Assembly: GCA_963790825.1 (NCBI GenBank)
Contig: CAWBPM010000004.1
Location: 30,987-94,986 of the forward strand
DNA: 64,000 nucleotides
DNA from: Candidatus Levyibacteriota bacterium
GTDB lineage: Bacteria; Patescibacteriota; Microgenomatia; Levybacterales; UBA12049
Direction of reading: 5' to 3'
The notes below the pieces were generated by a model. That model was not told where the DNA came from. It made no database searches and saw only the letters and a program-made list of their open reading frames with translations. Position 1 is the first letter of the stretch, and each line of letters begins with the position of its first letter. The translations under genes and the position numbers were made by a program. Shown one piece after another: positions 50,968 to 60,979 of this stretch.

Positions 50968-53142
50968 ATGGTGATGAAAATTCCGCAGTTTAGGCATGTC
51001 TTTCTCAGGAAACGCTTCCTGTTTCCCATAGGAGGTATTTGTGTACTCCTGCTGCTTCTTGGAGGTTTTTACTATTATTTCCTGCGTGATCTTCCTTCTC
51101 CTACTAATTTATCAAGTGGGTCACTCGGACAATCAACCCAGATTTTTGACCGAAATGGAAAACTTCTCTATACCATTTATGGAGACCGAAATCAAACCTT
51201 TATCCCGCTTTCTCAAATTCCCAAACAGATGCAGGAAGCAACAATAGCAATTGAGGACAAGGATTTTTACCGGCATGGGGCTGTCGATTTTCGCGGTATT
51301 ATTCGCGCGTTCTATGCCAGCTTCATTAAACACGAGGCTTTGCAGGGGGGATCCACACTTACTCAGCAGTTAGTAAAGAATAGTCTCCTTACGCAGGAGA
51401 GGACCTGGCAGCGAAAAATCAAGGAAGTTGCACTATCTTTTGCCACAGAAACATTATATTCAAAAGATAAAATTCTTGAGATGTATTTGAATCAAGTCCC
51501 GTACGGCGGCACTTCTTACGGAGTTGAGGCGGCAGCCCAAACATACTTCGGTAAACCGATTTCCGGCCTAAGCTTAGCTCAGCAGGCATTTCTCGCCGGT
51601 CTTCCCGAGGAACCAAGTACATTCTCTCCTTTTGGCACCCATCCGGAACTGGGAAAAGATCGTCAGGAAGAAGTCCTACAAAAAATGCAGGAGCAAGGTT
51701 ATATCAGTAAGAAACAATTAGATAAGGCACTTAAGGAGCAACTAACGTTTCAAAAAATTCAAACTAAAATCAACGCCCCTCACTTCGTCTTTTATGTCAA
51801 AGATTTATTAGTTGCAAAATATGGAGAAAAAATGGTTGAGCAAGGAGGGCTCAAAGTAACAACAAGTCTGGATTTGACATTACAAAATTTTGCCCAAGAT
51901 ACGGTCGCATCACAAGTCGCAAAAATTGCTGCTTATCACATCGGTAATGGAGCAGCTCTTATTACCGATCCGGCAACCGGGGAGATTTTGGCAATGGTCG
52001 GGAGTAAAGACTATTTTGATCCTAAGTTTGGTAACGTTAATATGACGCTGGCAAAACTTCAACCAGGATCATCGATAAAGCCGATCAACTATGCTGTAGG
52101 TCTAATGAAAGGGTACACCGCTGCAACGCCTTTTGTTGATGAGCCGATTTGTTTTCCCGGTAAACCTGAATATTGTCCCCAGAACTATGACGGTAAGTTT
52201 CATGGACTGGTGCAGATGCGCTTTGCACTGGGAAATTCTATCAATATTCCGGCAGTTGAGATGCTTAAGACAAATGGGCTTGATGCTATGATTGCGACAG
52301 CCTCGGCAATGGGAATTAGTACCTTTACCGATCCCTCGGAGTACGGACTGTCTCTAACCTTGGGAGGCGGCGAAGTAACCATGCTTGATATGAGCAAGGC
52401 ATATGGGGTTTTTGCCAATCAGGGGTATCGAATAGATTTGCATCCTATTTTAAAAGTTAGCGATAACAGGGGACGTGTCCTCGAAAACTACACTCCGCCA
52501 CCCAGCGCCTTTTTTGGCAAGCAAGTACTTCCGGCCAGTGTTACCTTTATCATTTCCCATATTCTTTTAGATAATAATGCCAGAATTATGGAGTTTGGTC
52601 CTGACTCGGAGTTAAAAATTGGAAATCAGCCGGTTTCCGTCAAAACCGGAACTACTAACGATTTTCGGGATAACTGGACAATCGGCTATACATATAATCC
52701 GCATTTATTGGTCGCCGTCTGGGTTGGAAATAATGACCACACTCCGATGCGGGGTATTGTCTCAGGCGTTACCGGCGCTGCCCCTATCTGGCATATTATT
52801 ATGTCTTATCTACTCGAGAATAAGAAAGCGCAATTCCCGCCTCAACCGACCAATGTCGTTGGACGAGAAATTTGTTCAACTACAGGACAGCTTCCACCCA
52901 GTAGTGATAGTCCGGACAAGTGTCCGACCCGGTTTGAATATTTTATTAAAGGGACTGAGGGCAGGGGAACAACAGTAGTAAGCCAAAAGACATTTATTGA
53001 TAAAGGAACAAACGACCTTGCCAAGCCCGGGCAAACCGATAATGTGGACCAGAGAGACGAGACAATTCTTATTGATCCGGCGGGAAATAAGTATTGCTTA
53101 AGTTGTCCTCACCCAACCCCGACGCCTACACCGGGTAAATAA
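50968..53142 (+). CDS. ponA: class A penicillin-binding protein (glycosyltransferase GT51 + transpeptidase)
   Basis: 724 aa; AIEDKDFYRHGAVD, GGSTLTQQ, TP motifs SSIKP, SxN, KTGT. Confidence 0.9.
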   Translation: MVMKIPQFRHVFLRKRFLFPIGGICVLLLLLGGFYYYFLRDLPSPTNLSSGSLGQSTQIFDRNGKLLYTIYGDRNQTFIPLSQIPKQMQEATIAIEDKDFYRHGAVDFRGIIRAFYASFIKHEALQGGSTLTQQLVKNSLLTQERTWQRKIKEVALSFATETLYSKDKILEMYLNQVPYGGTSYGVEAAAQTYFGKPISGLSLAQQAFLAGLPEEPSTFSPFGTHPELGKDRQEEVLQKMQEQGYISKKQLDKALKEQLTFQKIQTKINAPHFVFYVKDLLVAKYGEKMVEQGGLKVTTSLDLTLQNFAQDTVASQVAKIAAYHIGNGAALITDPATGEILAMVGSKDYFDPKFGNVNMTLAKLQPGSSIKPINYAVGLMKGYTAATPFVDEPICFPGKPEYCPQNYDGKFHGLVQMRFALGNSINIPAVEMLKTNGLDAMIATASAMGISTFTDPSEYGLSLTLGGGEVTMLDMSKAYGVFANQGYRIDLHPILKVSDNRGRVLENYTPPPSAFFGKQVLPASVTFIISHILLDNNARIMEFGPDSELKIGNQPVSVKTGTTNDFRDNWTIGYTYNPHLLVAVWVGNNDHTPMRGIVSGVTGAAPIWHIIMSYLLENKKAQFPPQPTNVVGREICSTTGQLPPSSDSPDKCPTRFEYFIKGTEGRGTTVVSQKTFIDKGTNDLAKPGQTDNVDQRDETILIDPAGNKYCLSCPHPTPTPTPGK

Positions 53143-53215
53143 AAATGACATAGTTTCGTCTATTTTCAATCGCAACTCCCTTTAGTATAATCTGCCTAAT
53201 CTGTCCCCCGATTTC

Positions 53216-55531
53216 ATGAAACCGAAGCTGTATTTGCAAAAAATTGCTCACTCTTATCCTAATCAGCCATTTTACATTCAACTTCTTTTAACAATTTTTT
53301 TTTACACCTTGATTTTTCTGGTTAAAGTCCATAGTTGGTACCTGGAAAATTATAAAAAACTAAGACGGTTAATTTCGTCTCTTTCCAGCGCTTTCTCTTT
53401 ACCAAGTTTTTTACAAGGCTACATCGAAATACCACTAATAAGGTTGCCTAATATCTATAATTTCATAACGTTTCCCCGACTGGCTTTTGTGCAAATTGTG
53501 CACAAGGCAAGCAAAAGAAGACAGCAAAAAATAATAAGAAAACAGTACCGTCCATCTTTTTTGATTGCTGTCCGCTATAAACTGAAATACGCAGCGCTTG
53601 GTATGATTTTTTCTTTTCTCTTCATTTTTTTACCTCTTTTAGTTATCATTTTTCTGCAGGATTTACCAAACCCCAAAGAACTGGCAATGATGCAAAATCC
53701 ACAAACTACTAAAATCTACGACCGGCAGGGAAATATTCTCTATCAGATTTATGCTACACAAGACCGGACTGACATTCCGTTTAGCGACGTGCCCAAGGAT
53801 TTGCAAAATGCTACATTGGCAATTGAAGATAAGAATTTTTACCAGCATCCGGGATTTGATATAGCTTCGATCATCAGAGCGCTCCATGAGGATGCTTCCG
53901 GAGGTAACTTTCAAGGCGGCTCGACAATTACGCAGCAACTTATTAAATCATCCATGCTGACTCCGGAGCCTAGTATTATTCGTAAAATGAAAGAGATTAT
54001 TCTAGCGTTTTGGGCGGAGCGATTATACACAAAAAAACAAATTTTAGAAATGTATTTTAATCAGGTGCCATACGGTGGTACTGCCTGGGGAATAGAAGCT
54101 GCAGCTGATGTATATTTTGGAAAACATACTAAAGATCTTGATCTGGCAGAAAGCGCATTCCTAGCCGGCATGACGGCGGCGCCAACTACTTATTCGCCGT
54201 TTGGTACTGATCCTAAACTTTGGAAAATTCGCCAAAAAGAAGTACTGGGACGAATGATTGCTTTAGGTGATATTTCGCAAAAACAAGCGGAGGATGCTGA
54301 GCACGAGATTCTTGATTTTAAAACCCAGCCAACTCCGCTGGAAGCTCCACATTTTGTCAATTATATTAAGGATATTCTGGTTAAAAAATATGGTTTAGCA
54401 ATGGTTGAAAAAGGCGGTTTACAAGTACATACGTCTCTTGACTTAGAAACACAAAAAGCTGCTGAGAAAATTGTCAGTGAAGAAGTAAGAAATGCAAACT
54501 ACCTTAATCTCACAAATGGTGCTGCGCTTATTACTAATCCGGCAAACGGCGATATTTTGGCAATGGTTGGTAGTCATGATTTTAATGATCCAAATGGCGG
54601 AAATGTCAACGTCACGACCTCTCTTAGGCAGCCGGGATCTTCCATTAAAGTCGTTACCTATAGCGCTGCCTTATCAAAAGGCTTCACTGCTGCCTCGATT
54701 CTTGACGATTCGCCTGTTACGTTTCCAGACGGTATTAATACATATACTCCGATTAACTATGACGGGAAGTTTCATGGTAAAATTCCTTTGCGAATTGCCC
54801 TGGCTAACTCTTTTAATATTCCAGCTGTTAAAGTACTTAGTCAGATAGGTGTTTCAATAATGGTTAATATGGGAAAACAAATGGGTATAACCAGTTGGGG
54901 TGATCCTAGTCAGTATGGGTTGTCTCTAACGCTCGGATCCGGAGACGTTACAATGCTCGATATGGCGACAGTGTATGGCACATTGGCAAACCAGGGTCGC
55001 CGTGTCGATCTTAATCCTATTCTTGAGATTACTGATGCTTGGGGAAATACTATTGAGAAGAAACAAAATGTATCTTCGCTGCCGGTACTTGACCCAGGAA
55101 TTGCCTATATTCTGTCGGATATTTTGGCAGATAATACTGCGCGGAGTTTGGAGTTTGGACCTGCTTCTCCGCTTTTTATCCCTGGACACTTCATTCCGGT
55201 AAAAACAGGCACTTCCGATAATAAAAGGGACAATTGGACTATTGGATATACGGATAAATTTGTCGTTACGGTTTGGGTGGGTAATAATGATAATAGCCCA
55301 ATGAGCCAAACGCTTGCTTCAGGTATTACCGGTGCTGCACCGATTTGGAACAGAATTATGACCGAGCTTGTCAAGAATACCCCGGAGCATAGGCCCCAAC
55401 TCCCCAAAGATATTACATCTAGGCTATGCTTTGGGCATAGCGAATATTTTATTCGAGGAACGGAAAACAAAGACGGCTGCAGTTTTCCCACGCCCACCCA
55501 AACGAATACCTATGTAGCTAAACCCCAGTAA
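53216..55531 (+). CDS. second class A penicillin-binding protein (paralog); real start probably internal (GTG ~53493 or ATG 53603)
   Basis: 771-aa ORF; ATLAIEDKNFYQHPGFD, GGSTITQQ, SSIKV, KTGTSDN; first ~130 aa lack PBP similarity. Confidence 0.85.
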   Translation: MKPKLYLQKIAHSYPNQPFYIQLLLTIFFYTLIFLVKVHSWYLENYKKLRRLISSLSSAFSLPSFLQGYIEIPLIRLPNIYNFITFPRLAFVQIVHKASKRRQQKIIRKQYRPSFLIAVRYKLKYAALGMIFSFLFIFLPLLVIIFLQDLPNPKELAMMQNPQTTKIYDRQGNILYQIYATQDRTDIPFSDVPKDLQNATLAIEDKNFYQHPGFDIASIIRALHEDASGGNFQGGSTITQQLIKSSMLTPEPSIIRKMKEIILAFWAERLYTKKQILEMYFNQVPYGGTAWGIEAAADVYFGKHTKDLDLAESAFLAGMTAAPTTYSPFGTDPKLWKIRQKEVLGRMIALGDISQKQAEDAEHEILDFKTQPTPLEAPHFVNYIKDILVKKYGLAMVEKGGLQVHTSLDLETQKAAEKIVSEEVRNANYLNLTNGAALITNPANGDILAMVGSHDFNDPNGGNVNVTTSLRQPGSSIKVVTYSAALSKGFTAASILDDSPVTFPDGINTYTPINYDGKFHGKIPLRIALANSFNIPAVKVLSQIGVSIMVNMGKQMGITSWGDPSQYGLSLTLGSGDVTMLDMATVYGTLANQGRRVDLNPILEITDAWGNTIEKKQNVSSLPVLDPGIAYILSDILADNTARSLEFGPASPLFIPGHFIPVKTGTSDNKRDNWTIGYTDKFVVTVWVGNNDNSPMSQTLASGITGAAPIWNRIMTELVKNTPEHRPQLPKDITSRLCFGHSEYFIRGTENKDGCSFPTPTQTNTYVAKPQ
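53486..53505. promoter_or_regulatory. palindrome TTGTGCAAATTGTGCACAA upstream of second PBP gene
   Basis: Direct-plus-inverted repeat of TTGTGCA; position inside the long upstream ORF extension that is probably non-coding. Confidence 0.3.
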
Positions 55532-56186
55532 TACGTAGTGAATCTTGGTATTTTTCAAAAAGCTCCTTAGGTATACTGTTTGTCTGAAAAAGAGCACTCG
55601 TCATTACGAACCGGCATGCGCCCGCATCTTTCGCGAGAGATAACGTTGTCTCATTAATACCGCCATCAACGGTAATTGGTACACTCGTTTTTTGAGCCAG
55701 CAGGCGAACTTTCTTAAGCTGTTCGGGCAAAAATGACTGGCCTGAAAGTCCTGCTTTCACTGTCATCAGTAAAATCCCATCCAAATCCGCAAGTGGAACA
55801 GTAAGCGCATCGATAGAGGTTTCTGTATCAAGCGCCAGTCCAACTTCACCAAGCAGTTGCCCTTGAGCAACAAATTCTACTTGGTCCGTCATCCTCTCAA
55901 CCTGAGCAAAAAAACGCCGGAAGCCGGCTTTTGCCCAGGGTTTTAAGTATGTTATCGGTTCCTCTACCATTAAATGCACCTCAAAGAGTATGTCCTTTGT
56001 ATATTTGGCAAAAAATAAAGGGTCTGCAAAGGTTGTAGTAGGCGCAAACTTACCATCAACTACATCGATATGAATACTCCGTGTAAATATACGTGCCAGC
56101 TCAATTTTTTTTTCAATCGCCGGCCATTCGGAGTCAAAGGTACCCGGACTTGGAATAATTTCAAACATAATAATCAAGCTCCTCAA
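55518..56186 (-). CDS. rpe: ribulose-phosphate 3-epimerase
   Basis: 222 aa; SIHIDVVDGKFAP, MTV..G.SGQ motifs. Confidence 0.85.
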   Translation of the reverse strand: MRSLIIMFEIIPSPGTFDSEWPAIEKKIELARIFTRSIHIDVVDGKFAPTTTFADPLFFAKYTKDILFEVHLMVEEPITYLKPWAKAGFRRFFAQVERMTDQVEFVAQGQLLGEVGLALDTETSIDALTVPLADLDGILLMTVKAGLSGQSFLPEQLKKVRLLAQKTSVPITVDGGINETTLSLAKDAGACRFVMTSALFQTNSIPKELFEKYQDSLRITGV

Positions 56187-56622
56187 TCTTGCGAATTCTT
56201 CTTACATGTCGCTCTTTTTTAGAAAACGGTGTTTCTAAAAATGCTTTAATCAATTTTTTTGCCAGTAGCGTTGACATAAAATCTGCTGCGAGAGCAAGAA
56301 CGGTGATATCATCATCTGACCGCGCAGCTTTTACTTGCGGTACAGAAAATCCCAGGCCGCAGCGAATACCCTTTTCTTTTCCCGCAACTACCTCAACGCC
56401 TACTCCGCTGCCGCAAATGACAATTCCTACTGTTTTTTTATTTTCTTTCAGATCATTTTTGACCTGTTTAGCCACTCGGTAAGCATAGTAGACATAATCA
56501 TCCTGCGAATCGTAAGTCTTACTTCCCAAATCCTGAAGGTCAATCCCCTGTCCCAGCAGCCATTTCTTGACTGCTTCTTTCAGACGAAATCCCCTATGAT
56601 CTGCGCCAATATATACCGTCAT
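56161..56622 (-). CDS. rpiB: ribose-5-phosphate isomerase B
   Basis: 153 aa; MTVYIGADHRGF, ICGSGVG. Confidence 0.85.
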   Translation of the reverse strand: MTVYIGADHRGFRLKEAVKKWLLGQGIDLQDLGSKTYDSQDDYVYYAYRVAKQVKNDLKENKKTVGIVICGSGVGVEVVAGKEKGIRCGLGFSVPQVKAARSDDDITVLALAADFMSTLLAKKLIKAFLETPFSKKERHVRRIRKIEELDYYV

Positions 56623-56625
56623 ACT

Positions 56626-57576
56626 TTATTTCTCTACTTCCTCCTCAGCCAGCATTCTTTCTTTTGTCAAAAGCCCGGTCTGTGCTCCTACTTTTTCCAT
56701 CACGCTTACTGCATTATTGTTTCCCCAGCGCATAGCGTCTTCAATTCCTTTACCCAACAGATGAGCAGCAAGAAAACCCGTAGCGTATGCGTCTCCTGCG
56801 CCTGTTTTATTAATCATTTCGCAGGGTTTACTTCCCAGAGAAAATATATTACCCATTTCATCAATTACCATTGACCCTTTTTTACCATCGGTAATAACTA
56901 CTATTTTTGCTCCTAAGAGCTTTAAGTCTTCAAGAAGTGTTTGTGTTGTTGTTTCGATACCTATAATTTGTTCTGCTTCTTCTTTATTAGCAAATAAGAT
57001 ATTGCTTGCTTGAAGCATGTCCAAAAAACTCTCTCTCCCATCTTCAAGTTGTGGCGTTCCGGGATTAAAAGCAATCTGAACATTATTTTTGTATGCATTG
57101 GCCAAAACATCTTGGTATGCCCGTCTCCACATCTTCCCCAAAGACGTGACGTAGAACCATTTTGTCTGTAAATTTTGTAAATTAAAATCATGCTCGCGGA
57201 TAACATGATTCACAAACAGCGTTCTCTCTCCCTGAAACTGTAAGCCGAGAGCAAATGATGATTGGCCTTCAGATTTTTTCAGATAGGTTGTGTCAACGTG
57301 CTCTTCCTCAAGTCCCCTGTCAATTTTTCCCGCAAACTCATCACTACCTATTTCTGCTACAATCCCCGCTGCGAATCCCAACCTCTTCATACCAACTGCA
57401 ACATTCCCGGCATTTCCTCCAAGCAGGAACTCCGAGGAATCAAGAGTAATTTTTTCTCCCAGTCTTACGCAGAGTTCATTATCTTTTGGATTTACTTTAC
57501 AATGCAGATTGGCATCATGAAGAGTTAAAAAAGCATCTATGAGGACATTTCCAACTGTTACCACATCTAATAACAT
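56626..57576 (-). CDS. PfkB-family carbohydrate/nucleoside kinase (start at ATG 57576)
   Basis: VVTVGNVLID N-terminus and GAGDAYATGFLAAHL motif. Confidence 0.8.
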   Translation of the reverse strand: MLLDVVTVGNVLIDAFLTLHDANLHCKVNPKDNELCVRLGEKITLDSSEFLLGGNAGNVAVGMKRLGFAAGIVAEIGSDEFAGKIDRGLEEEHVDTTYLKKSEGQSSFALGLQFQGERTLFVNHVIREHDFNLQNLQTKWFYVTSLGKMWRRAYQDVLANAYKNNVQIAFNPGTPQLEDGRESFLDMLQASNILFANKEEAEQIIGIETTTQTLLEDLKLLGAKIVVITDGKKGSMVIDEMGNIFSLGSKPCEMINKTGAGDAYATGFLAAHLLGKGIEDAMRWGNNNAVSVMEKVGAQTGLLTKERMLAEEEVEK

Positions 57577-57583
57577 ACATATC

Positions 57584-58189
57584 CTACTTCCCAACAATAA
57601 CGACAGCATCCGTAGTGTCGCTTGCAGGCAGAGTAGCGGAGGCGGAATCAAGAGTATATGTTTTTGCCAGATCGGATTTCAACAAGGATAAAATTGCCTC
57701 ATCTCCTTTTTTTACATTTAGCGAAATATTTGTATAATTAAAGGTGTCTGCGTTACCGGTTGCACTGATAGTGTATCCCAAGCTTTTCAAAAATGTAGCA
57801 ACCTTACCCGCAGCTCCGGGTGTCCCACTACCGTTAAGGACAGAAACCGAGATACTACTTCGTTTGACAGTATTGGCATTTACTGTTGTAGTAGGCGTAA
57901 TTTTAGCAGAAGCTTTTGGCGTTACTAAGATAGTTGGCGTTCCAGACGCAGTGGAAACAGGAGTGTCCGTTGGTATGAGACTAACTGTCGGCGTAGGAGC
58001 CGCAACCTCTTTTTGTTTTGTTTGTTTTAAGCCCGCATACTGATATCCCATATATAAAAGGCCACCCACTAACACCAGGAGGAGGAAAAAAAGGAAAATT
58101 ACCTTCGGCCTTTTAGAAGACTTTTTCTCAACAGTTTCAATTCCCTGGAATGCAGAACCATTTTCTTTCACATAAAATTTATTTTCCAT
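57584..58189 (-). CDS. LytR_C domain membrane protein
   Basis: TM then Thr/Pro-rich linker then VLNGSGTPGAAGKVATFLKSLGY LytR C-terminal signature. Confidence 0.6.
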   Translation of the reverse strand: MENKFYVKENGSAFQGIETVEKKSSKRPKVIFLFFLLLVLVGGLLYMGYQYAGLKQTKQKEVAAPTPTVSLIPTDTPVSTASGTPTILVTPKASAKITPTTTVNANTVKRSSISVSVLNGSGTPGAAGKVATFLKSLGYTISATGNADTFNYTNISLNVKKGDEAILSLLKSDLAKTYTLDSASATLPASDTTDAVVIVGK

Positions 58190-58320
58190 AGCTTTATTTT
58201 TATGCAGACTTATCTATAAAGAGTGTAGCATAATTTAGTAAGTTTGCAAATATTAAATCGCGTATATTATGTCGCGTAAAAAACGCTTTTTCCATCCCGT
58301 ATGACAATTTGCTATAATAA

Positions 58321-60081
58321 GTGTTGCCCATGAAAAAGTATGTTTCCTGTTTTCTTTTACTCCTCTTACTTATAACCCCGCTCTTCTCTTTTGTTACCTA
58401 CAGTCGGGCTGACGAATTGGATGACATCAATAAGCAGATTAATGATCTAACCGACGAACTAAGTAAATCTATTGCCGCGACTACTCCACTTGAGTCGCAG
58501 TTAACTAATATGCAAAATCAAATCAAACAAATTAAAATAAACATTAACAGTATCGAAAATGATATCACGCTCAAAAAACAACAAATTGATAAAGGTTATC
58601 AGGATCTGGAAGCAAAACAGCTGCTTTTTAACGCGACCGTTAAGGATTATTATATTCAAAGCTATTATAATTCTCCTCTTATTACCTTTATGTCAGCTAA
58701 TTCTGCCTCTGAAATAACCCAAACGCTCGCTTATCAAAAAGCGGAAACCGACCAGGATAAATCAATTATTACCAATATTGCACTATCAATTACCGATTTG
58801 GAAACAAAAAAAGCGAATCTGGAACAAGAAGAAACAAGACTTGCTGCAGCAAAAGCCGACCTTGATACACAGTCAGCCAAACTGGATACAATTGTACAAG
58901 GAGCAAAAGCATATCAAGCAACGCTCTCTACGCAAATCGCCCAATTGTCAGCCAAACAACAGCAATTGTTAGAAGCCAAATATGCATCGCTTGGGATTCC
59001 GTCTTCTGCTTATACAACCCAGGGGGGTTGTTCAAGTGATTTAACTAATGGCAAAGATCCGGGATTTAGTCCGCGGTTTGGTTTCTTTACTTACGGAGTT
59101 CCTCACCGGGTAGGAATGAGTCAATACGGCGCGAAAGGACGAGCTGACGCGGGCCAAGGCTATAATGATATCTTGAATGCCTATTTTGCAAATATCTCTA
59201 TAACAAACATTGGTACAGGAGCAAACGTCACAGTAAACGGCACGAACGACTATGGGGAAACATTTAGTAATCAGTCGATGAATGTTGAGGATTATTTAAA
59301 ACATATCTACGAGATGCCAAGTGGCTGGGCACCTGAAGCACTGAAAGCCCAAGCAATTGCCGCCCGCTCCTTTGTCATGCATACAATTAACAGCGGCCAA
59401 ACAACAGTCGCGCCAAATCAAAGTTTTCAAGAAATAAAAACAGAACTAAACGCCCAACCGTGGATAGATGCAGTAAACGCAACGTCGGGTCAGGTCATGC
59501 AGTCCGGCGGACAGCCAATTGAAGCCTGGTTCTCTTCAACTGCCGGCGGTTATTTCCACAGCTCATCGGATCTCGGCTGGAGCAGTACACCTTATACAAA
59601 AACCGGACTTGACGCGACAGGACCAGTTAATAATTTTTCCGACTTACAAAACAACGCATATGATAGGTCTTCTCCTTGGTTTTATTGTGATTGGGGCGGA
59701 CGCGCACAGTATGCTAATACTGCCTGGCTACAGCCTTCAGAGGTTGCGGACATTGTTAATGTCATGCTCCTGGCAAAAGCAGATAGTGGCACACAAACAC
59801 ACTTAGCCCAAACAGATAAACCAAACCCCGACGGAACAGACACGTGGGACGCCGGAAGGGTAAGACAAGAATTAAGCAACCGTGGCATTACGCCATATTC
59901 GTCTATATCAAGTATTTCTGTAAATGCTGATTTCGGAAGCGGAGCTGTTACGACAGTTTCGGTTAACGGAGACGGTGGCTCGCAAAGTATCGCCGGAGAT
60001 TTTTTCAAAACCTATTTTAATCTTCGTGCACCTGCAAATATTCAGATAGTTGGGCCATTGTACAATGTCGAGCAGAGATGA
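58321..60081 (+). CDS. SpoIID/LytB-domain protein with N-terminal signal and long coiled coil
   Basis: 586 aa; GVPHRVGMSQYGAKGRA and ILNAYF SpoIID motifs; 200-aa Q/K/L-rich coiled coil. Confidence 0.7.
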   Translation: MLPMKKYVSCFLLLLLLITPLFSFVTYSRADELDDINKQINDLTDELSKSIAATTPLESQLTNMQNQIKQIKININSIENDITLKKQQIDKGYQDLEAKQLLFNATVKDYYIQSYYNSPLITFMSANSASEITQTLAYQKAETDQDKSIITNIALSITDLETKKANLEQEETRLAAAKADLDTQSAKLDTIVQGAKAYQATLSTQIAQLSAKQQQLLEAKYASLGIPSSAYTTQGGCSSDLTNGKDPGFSPRFGFFTYGVPHRVGMSQYGAKGRADAGQGYNDILNAYFANISITNIGTGANVTVNGTNDYGETFSNQSMNVEDYLKHIYEMPSGWAPEALKAQAIAARSFVMHTINSGQTTVAPNQSFQEIKTELNAQPWIDAVNATSGQVMQSGGQPIEAWFSSTAGGYFHSSSDLGWSSTPYTKTGLDATGPVNNFSDLQNNAYDRSSPWFYCDWGGRAQYANTAWLQPSEVADIVNVMLLAKADSGTQTHLAQTDKPNPDGTDTWDAGRVRQELSNRGITPYSSISSISVNADFGSGAVTTVSVNGDGGSQSIAGDFFKTYFNLRAPANIQIVGPLYNVEQR

Positions 60082-60740
60082 GGTATAATGTGACAAACCT
60101 CTCAGAGAAAATAAATATGCCTGATATTTTTACAAAGACGAATCCACAATCCTCTCCGCCAACTACTCCCGCTCCCGTGGAACCGGGACACATGAATCTG
60201 TTTTCTGCTTTCGTGCAAAACCCGAAAGATGTCTGCTTTGAGAATGAGGAATCTGACGAGCAGGTTCTGCTTTTTCTCCGCCGTCATTTTATCACCAACA
60301 TCGGCTGGATCATCGGAACAATTCTTCTATCTCTCCTTCCGCTTCTCCTGCCCTTTGTCCTGCCTACTATCGAGAATAGTTTCTCTACTATTCCGAAACA
60401 GTTTACGGAGATGTTTGTACTTTTTTACTATTTGATTCTTCTTGGTTTTGCATTTACGAGTTTTCTTTATTGGTTTTATAATGTCGGTATTGTAACTCAA
60501 AAACGAATCGTCAATATTCAATTCGCTGATATCTCCTATAAAAATATCCAGTCGACGATTCTTAAAGATGTAAAGGACGTTGAGTTTACGCAAAGTGGAT
60601 TTTTCCAGAGTCTTTTTAATTTCGGTAATGTCAGCGTGCAAATTGAAGCATCAGGTGTACAATTCGTGTTTATGAGAGTTCCGCAACCGGGAAAAGTTGC
60701 CGATATATTATTAGGACTAATTGAAAACCAAACCATATGA
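60078..60740 (+). CDS. membrane protein, likely bacterial PH (YdbT/DUF304)-like domain
   Basis: Two TM helices followed by beta-rich domain; architecture-based only. Confidence 0.35.
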   Translation: MRYNVTNLSEKINMPDIFTKTNPQSSPPTTPAPVEPGHMNLFSAFVQNPKDVCFENEESDEQVLLFLRRHFITNIGWIIGTILLSLLPLLLPFVLPTIENSFSTIPKQFTEMFVLFYYLILLGFAFTSFLYWFYNVGIVTQKRIVNIQFADISYKNIQSTILKDVKDVEFTQSGFFQSLFNFGNVSVQIEASGVQFVFMRVPQPGKVADILLGLIENQTI

Positions 60741-60976
60741 ATAGTCTTTTTTCTTTTCTATCATTGATCCATTTTGGCTCTTTTGTAAAAGTTACTTTTC
60801 TGATCATGCTTTTTCTCTATGTTATTTTTGCCCTTATCATTCAAAACCAGGTGAGATCACTAAATAAACTTGTAACTATCGAAAATGGTCATAGTTCTTA
60901 CGTATTACGCGCGTTTGCAATTCTTTATGTGCTTCTTGCTATTTCACTTTTCCTTGTAAGTATTGTTATACTGTAA
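60737..60976 (+). CDS. small membrane protein (79 aa)
   Basis: Two hydrophobic helices; coupled to flanking ORFs. Confidence 0.4.
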   Translation: MNSLFSFLSLIHFGSFVKVTFLIMLFLYVIFALIIQNQVRSLNKLVTIENGHSSYVLRAFAILYVLLAISLFLVSIVIL

Positions 60977-60979
60977 GTA

